Virus record (IMG/VR): IMGVR_UViG_3300042542_000678
Coordinates: 1 to 59,458 of that record
Reading direction: 5' to 3' (one strand)
Source of the DNA: a virus
Taxonomy: Duplodnaviria; Caudoviricetes
Length of the DNA stretch: 59,458 nt
The notes beneath the pieces are model-generated. The model did not search any database and was not told the DNA's origin. It was given only the letters and a program-made list of their open reading frames with translations. Each line of letters begins with the position of its first letter. Positions within the stretch are counted from its first letter, which is position 1. The translations under genes were made by a program, and so were the position numbers. This document shows positions 55,368 through 59,458 of the stretch, piece by piece.

Positions 55368-55972
55368 TGTTTACTCCTAGATAACATAGTTGCTGCAATT
55401 TGTAGCATTGCACGAGTCTTTTCTAAATTGTCAGGTGGTGATGCCCATCCAACAGTAATCTGTCCAACGAACCTACCCGGTTCTGGTGGAACACTAATAC
55501 GACAAGTATAACCAACACCTTTTTCAATATACCAAATTCCCATTTCGCTTTGCGCTGATGTATATTCACCGCATGGAATTTCATTTGCCATCAGCTTAAC
55601 TACATCCGCATTATTAGATGCGTTCTGAGTAAACAATCCAACATCAAGGCCGTCATTAGTTTTATCTCGACCTTCTCTGGTGTAAGCCCTGTGCAATATA
55701 CGAGTTCCAAACATACTATTCACTTTAAACACTGCCACTATGACAGCACCACTTTGTTTGAATAGATGACCAGCTGCATCCTCTACACGATCTTCAGCAA
55801 TGCTTGGAATCTTTTTAGATTCTTTATAAGCACCAATCAAAAGCTCTTGGTTTGTATATACAAAATAACCACTGAAGGCAAGCACTGCCATCAATACCAT
55901 TGCGAACAGACGAAAAGGACTGCTGACATATGCCAGCACTTTATCAATTATACTAAGACGCTCATCACTCAT
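55364..55972 (-). CDS. Membrane-anchored lysis-region protein, T4 holin T-like architecture
   Basis: Single N-terminal TM and globular C-domain ending G.ITVGW...AATMLSRSK. Confidence 0.5.
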   Translation of the reverse strand: MSDERLSIIDKVLAYVSSPFRLFAMVLMAVLAFSGYFVYTNQELLIGAYKESKKIPSIAEDRVEDAAGHLFKQSGAVIVAVFKVNSMFGTRILHRAYTREGRDKTNDGLDVGLFTQNASNNADVVKLMANEIPCGEYTSAQSEMGIWYIEKGVGYTCRISVPPEPGRFVGQITVGWASPPDNLEKTRAMLQIAATMLSRSKQ

Positions 55973-56460
55973 TTCTGAAAACTACAATTACCGGCACACT
56001 GTGTAAGTATCTCAATTGAGAAATAACCAATGGCACCTACCATAATAAAAAATACAAGTGCTATCAGAACAATTTCAATAAGCTCATCCATTTCTTTTTT
56101 ATGCTTTGCCGCTGCTTCTCGCTCACGCCTAGCATCATGGGCTGACTCAACATCCATTGCCGCTGCTCGTGATTTAATCTTGTTCCAAACATCTACTTTG
56201 CCACTCTGCATAAACAAAAGCTGTAGCTCATCTTCAAAGCGCTTAGCTTGATCAAGCGCCATCTCGATTTGGATGGCAGTACCCATTGATGACTTAGACT
56301 TCTTTGCCTGTACAACCGCTTTAGTTGCTGTTGACTTGGCATCGAAGTACTTTCCCAAAACAGGACCAAGCGAAGACACATCGTCAACAGTTTTGCTAAC
56401 CTTCTTGATTAGCGCAACCGCCGCCTGTATACCTGCTAGTGCTGTTAAAGGATCAATCAT
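55969..56460 (-). CDS. Membrane protein in lysis cluster
   Basis: MIDPLTALA start, coiled coil, C-terminal TM. Confidence 0.6.
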   Translation of the reverse strand: MIDPLTALAGIQAAVALIKKVSKTVDDVSSLGPVLGKYFDAKSTATKAVVQAKKSKSSMGTAIQIEMALDQAKRFEDELQLLFMQSGKVDVWNKIKSRAAAMDVESAHDARREREAAAKHKKEMDELIEIVLIALVFFIMVGAIGYFSIEILTQCAGNCSFQK

Positions 56461-56573
56461 TTCTTTTCTTTCCAAACAAGACACCAAACGTGCTGTCTAT
56501 CGGAAGACCACGACCATCTCTTGCACTCATAAACGGCATAAGCAGCAGGAGGAGGTGGTGGCAGAGCATCCAT
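56457..56573 (-). CDS. 38-aa Pro/Trp/Cys-rich peptide (not in ORF track)
   Basis: MDALPPPPPAAYAVYECKRWSWSSDRQHVWCLVWKEKK; overlaps neighbouring stop/start codons at both ends. Confidence 0.55.
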   Translation of the reverse strand: MDALPPPPPAAYAVYECKRWSWSSDRQHVWCLVWKEKK

Positions 56574-56800
56574 TAGTGACTCTTAAAGTCTTGGATGAAG
56601 ACAGCTATAGCAGCAATGAGGCCACCAATCCAAAGCAAAGGCTTTGCCAGCTTGCTCAGGGTTTCTAACACTTTAAATGCTCCTTGAGCAGCAGCAAAGG
56701 CTGTTGTTACATCAGCCGTGCGATCAGTCAAGGCATCAACCTTAGCTTCAACAGCCACCAGCCTGTCGTAGATTTCTCGGTGAGTGATGTCTTCGGTCAT
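56573..56800 (-). CDS. Small coiled-coil + C-terminal TM protein
   Basis: 75 aa, precedes lysis genes. Confidence 0.65.
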   Translation of the reverse strand: MTEDITHREIYDRLVAVEAKVDALTDRTADVTTAFAAAQGAFKVLETLSKLAKPLLWIGGLIAAIAVFIQDFKSH

Positions 56801-56949
56801 GGTGCATCAGCCGGTAATGGCGTGTTGCCCTCTGCCAGCCATGCGAGGTATTGCTGGTAGTCGGTGTTGTCTGGGTCAAAGGGGATGCTATCAATAGCGC
56901 CGTCTTGCTTTTTAAAAACAATATTTGGATATTTTGACAATATATACAT
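56797..56949 (-). CDS. Tail fibre assembly-type small protein (not in ORF track)
   Basis: IPFDPDNTDYQQYLAWLAEGNTP motif. Confidence 0.8.
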   Translation of the reverse strand: MYILSKYPNIVFKKQDGAIDSIPFDPDNTDYQQYLAWLAEGNTPLPADAP

Positions 56950-56950
56950 T

Positions 56951-58009
56951 TTATAACTCCGCAGTAAATGCTACAGACGCAGAAGCATTACTCGTATAAA
57001 CATACGCAGACGCTCCAGAAGTGCCTGATGCCTCAGCAGTATTATATAAAAAACTACAAGTTGTTGATATTTGATACGCAGTAAAAGAATCAAATACATC
57101 AGCGGCAGCTCGGGCGGCCGTATAGTAGCCAGTGCCAGATGCGGCTGAAAGTGTGGGCGTAGATCGCATTGTTACAGGGAAATAAACCCCGCATGCAACT
57201 TCTGCTGCTTGAACATATCCTCCAATGCCAACACATTTTCCAGAACCACTAGCGTGAAGGTAATAATAGCGTTGTGCTAATTGCAGTTCCGTCCCATAAG
57301 GCCGGTAGTCAAACGATGTGGCTGTGCTGCCTTTTTCAAGCTGTACGCCTGTGATATTTAGGGTTGAGCCGTTTACTTGAGAGATAAACTTTAAATTGCC
57401 AGTTACCCCATAGACATTTGAAGCTAGCCATGAGCCAGCAGTTGAGTATCGTGATGCGTCACTACCCATATCAAAACCAAGATACATTCCAGCCGCATTA
57501 GTTGTAGGCCATGTTCCTGAAGTATCTCCAGTAATTGAAACTGTTTGATAAGCCCAAGAAGTAGTTACAGGAACTGACACAAGATATGACCGACCTGCGT
57601 TGTTTCCTAAAAAAGCAGAATAATTACCTGCAACACTTCCTTTAATCCAAAAACCCACGGCAATAGTTTGCGCTCCGGCAGCACCAAAACCAAGGTCAAT
57701 AACATTAAACCCCTCAATTGGTTGCCAAAGAATGTTATACGATGCCGGTGTAGCCGATGAGGCCACAGTAACTTTTAAAGAGAACTTAAAACCAGCAGGA
57801 GCGTCTGCCACTTGTTGGTAGGTGAGTTTTGACGCATCACTGGGTACGGCTTGCCAACGATCAACAAGGTAGGTGTTAGTAGCAGGAGTCACCGCCGCCC
57901 CAGCGTTCCTCTGATCCAAAACCATTTGGCCGTTGATGATGCGGTTCTTGAAGCCGTTGTACTGGGCTTGGGTGTCCAGCATCCCTGCGTTTACTGTTGT
58001 GAGTGTCAT
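56951..58009 (-). CDS. Tail fibre-associated protein
   Basis: KNRIING...QR, DRW, GVQLEKG..AT.F..R....EL..AQRYY motifs. Confidence 0.8.
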   Translation of the reverse strand: MTLTTVNAGMLDTQAQYNGFKNRIINGQMVLDQRNAGAAVTPATNTYLVDRWQAVPSDASKLTYQQVADAPAGFKFSLKVTVASSATPASYNILWQPIEGFNVIDLGFGAAGAQTIAVGFWIKGSVAGNYSAFLGNNAGRSYLVSVPVTTSWAYQTVSITGDTSGTWPTTNAAGMYLGFDMGSDASRYSTAGSWLASNVYGVTGNLKFISQVNGSTLNITGVQLEKGSTATSFDYRPYGTELQLAQRYYYLHASGSGKCVGIGGYVQAAEVACGVYFPVTMRSTPTLSAASGTGYYTAARAAADVFDSFTAYQISTTCSFLYNTAEASGTSGASAYVYTSNASASVAFTAEL

Positions 58010-58167
58010 GCCAGTTGCTCCTCAGTGGGTCGTGCCAGCGTGGGGTGTTCCCACTTGGCTATGTAGTCACCCCTGCCGTCAGAGTCGTTCTGGAGGGTAA
58101 TGGTGGTCAGGAAGTCCTGCTGTGTCAGCGCAGGGTACAGCGCCATGATTTTGTCGTAGAGGGTCAT
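58006..58167 (-). CDS. XkdW-like small tail protein (not in ORF track)
   Basis: LQNDSDGRGDYIAKWEHPTLARPTEEQL. Confidence 0.8.
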   Translation of the reverse strand: MTLYDKIMALYPALTQQDFLTTITLQNDSDGRGDYIAKWEHPTLARPTEEQLA

Positions 58168-58625
58168 ACTGCGCTCCTAACCATTGCACCGCTAAAAGTA
58201 TTGTCGCCTGATCCTGTTTGAAAAACCAACGCGCCACCAGAACTTTGCCAAGCATAAAATTCTACATAATCAGTAGAACCATTTAAAGATATAACACTTG
58301 ATGCTGTTGCCATCCCACCAATAGATGTGTTGTTAATTATTCCGCTGCCGCCTGCAATTTTTACACCATTTTTATATATTGCCACCATAACATAACCTAC
58401 AGCAGACCCAGCAAACGATATATTCCCATTTATTTGGTAATACCCCGCCACAGTTGGCGTAAAACGATAATTAGTTGTTGGGTCGTAATTTGAATTTGTG
58501 TCAAAAGTTTCTACGTTAAATTGAACTTTAGTAAAAGTAGAATTTGAAAACGATTGCGCCGTAACTGTGTTGGCACTAAACGCAGGGCCGTTGCCCAGTG
58601 CTGCGAGAGTTACTGCTGCTGTCAT
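58164..58625 (-). CDS. C1q/TNF-like beta-sandwich tail protein
   Basis: PAFSA...FDT...Y..RFTP.VAGYY...LNG.TDYVE. Confidence 0.75.
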   Translation of the reverse strand: MTAAVTLAALGNGPAFSANTVTAQSFSNSTFTKVQFNVETFDTNSNYDPTTNYRFTPTVAGYYQINGNISFAGSAVGYVMVAIYKNGVKIAGGSGIINNTSIGGMATASSVISLNGSTDYVEFYAWQSSGGALVFQTGSGDNTFSGAMVRSAV

Positions 58626-58870
58626 GGTGTGACTCTTTCAGCTTGTGCGGCTTGGTAGGCTGCGATGACTTCCGCTGTCCACGCTGCGTTGCAGATTGCC
58701 ACGACATTGGCAGGTTGACCAGTGAGGTCTTGTGCTGGTGTCAGGCTTGTGCGGTGGTAGGTCTGAGCAATCTGGTCGCCGTCTTTTAGGATGCGTGTAG
58801 CCTCGCGGTACAGCACAATGCCGTTCTCGGTAACGGTGATTTGGTCGATGACTTTGGTTTCGGTTAGCAT
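58622..58870 (-). CDS. Small tail fibre chaperone-like protein
   Basis: YHR...V.AIC.AAWT.EVIAAY motif; AAGGA SD. Confidence 0.7.
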   Translation of the reverse strand: MLTETKVIDQITVTENGIVLYREATRILKDGDQIAQTYHRTSLTPAQDLTGQPANVVAICNAAWTAEVIAAYQAAQAERVTP

Positions 58871-58878
58871 GTTTTTCC

Positions 58879-59458
58879 TTAAACTATATAAAAGAAAGTA
58901 AATATAATTGTGGCTGTCCCTGCTGTATACGCGGGGTTGTAAACGCCGTTGGTGGTATTTTCAAAAAAACCAGTGCCCGGATAACTTAAATTATCGCCAA
59001 CAAAAACAACAGGGCAAGAAGATGTACTTGTAAATGGCATGCCGGTTACTCGCGTATTACCACCGGCAGAAGTTAAAGATGTTGCAGCTTGAAGTGTGCC
59101 GCGAACAAATACAGTTCGGCCTATTTTTGTGTATGTTCCCGTTAGCGTTGTTGCACCAACAGCGGTAAAACCTACAGCCAAAACAGGAGTCCAAGTCCCT
59201 TCCTCATAGTCATCCAGCGTGTTTGCGTCAGATGATGCCACTTGGGTTGCGGGGAACTGAATACCGCCGCCGTTGGCTGCAACAATCCCGCTGAACGTAG
59301 CTGCTGCTCCTGTTATGGCTGAATTAAAAGTCACCGTCCCCGTTACTGTGCCGCCTGTCAGTGGGAGGGCGTTGGTCAGCGAAGTCAGGGTGTAGTACTC
59401 AATCGTGACCAGATCACCCGCAGTTGCTGCGCTTGCCAGCGTGATTGTTGTGCCGTTG
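58879..59458 (-). CDS. Tail fibre protein, C-terminal fragment (frame open to the right edge)
   Basis: NGTTITLASAATAGDLVTIEY... continues into ANTLDDYEEGTWTP...GTYTKIGRTV. Confidence 0.8.
   Translation of the reverse strand, partial: NGTTITLASAATAGDLVTIEYYTLTSLTNALPLTGGTVTGTVTFNSAITGAAATFSGIVAANGGGIQFPATQVASSDANTLDDYEEGTWTPVLAVGFTAVGATTLTGTYTKIGRTVFVRGTLQAATSLTSAGGNTRVTGMPFTSTSSCPVVFVGDNLSYPGTGFFENTTNGVYNPAYTAGTATIIFTFFYIV

Overview
The window looks like most of a ~60 kb tailed-phage genome (podovirus-like), circularly permuted and broken at both ends inside a repetitive tail-fibre cluster. It has two arms. The + strand arm (~21.4-45.1 kb) carries sigma70-type early promoters, many small genes, a GP88-like protein, ASCH, DUF932, an ADP-ribosylglycohydrolase, a tyrosine integrase, T7-like primase-helicase/PolA/SSB/exonuclease and a class Ia RNR; no phage RNA polymerase is visible. 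The - strand arm (20.3 kb->1, continuing 59.4->45.1 kb) carries terminase, portal, scaffold, capsid, tail, fibres, lysis and internal virion genes plus two tRNAs. The arms converge on a bidirectional terminator (~45.1 kb) and diverge from a repeat-rich non-coding region (~20.3-21.4 kb) that probably holds the genome ends. The most unusual observations are: (i) a dense field of covarying 3-nt-loop mini-palindromes in the early region, including one just before 11 early start codons; (ii) a promoter + boxA + multibranched structured RNA cassette at 23.66-23.95 kb; (iii) a shared [FYML]-[AN]-x-G-G peptide motif across unrelated virion-region proteins; (iv) an ART-like domain in the large internal virion protein, possibly paired with the early ADP-ribosylhydrolase; (v) a T4 T-like holin candidate. 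All protein calls come from motif recognition by eye; no database searches or folding were run.
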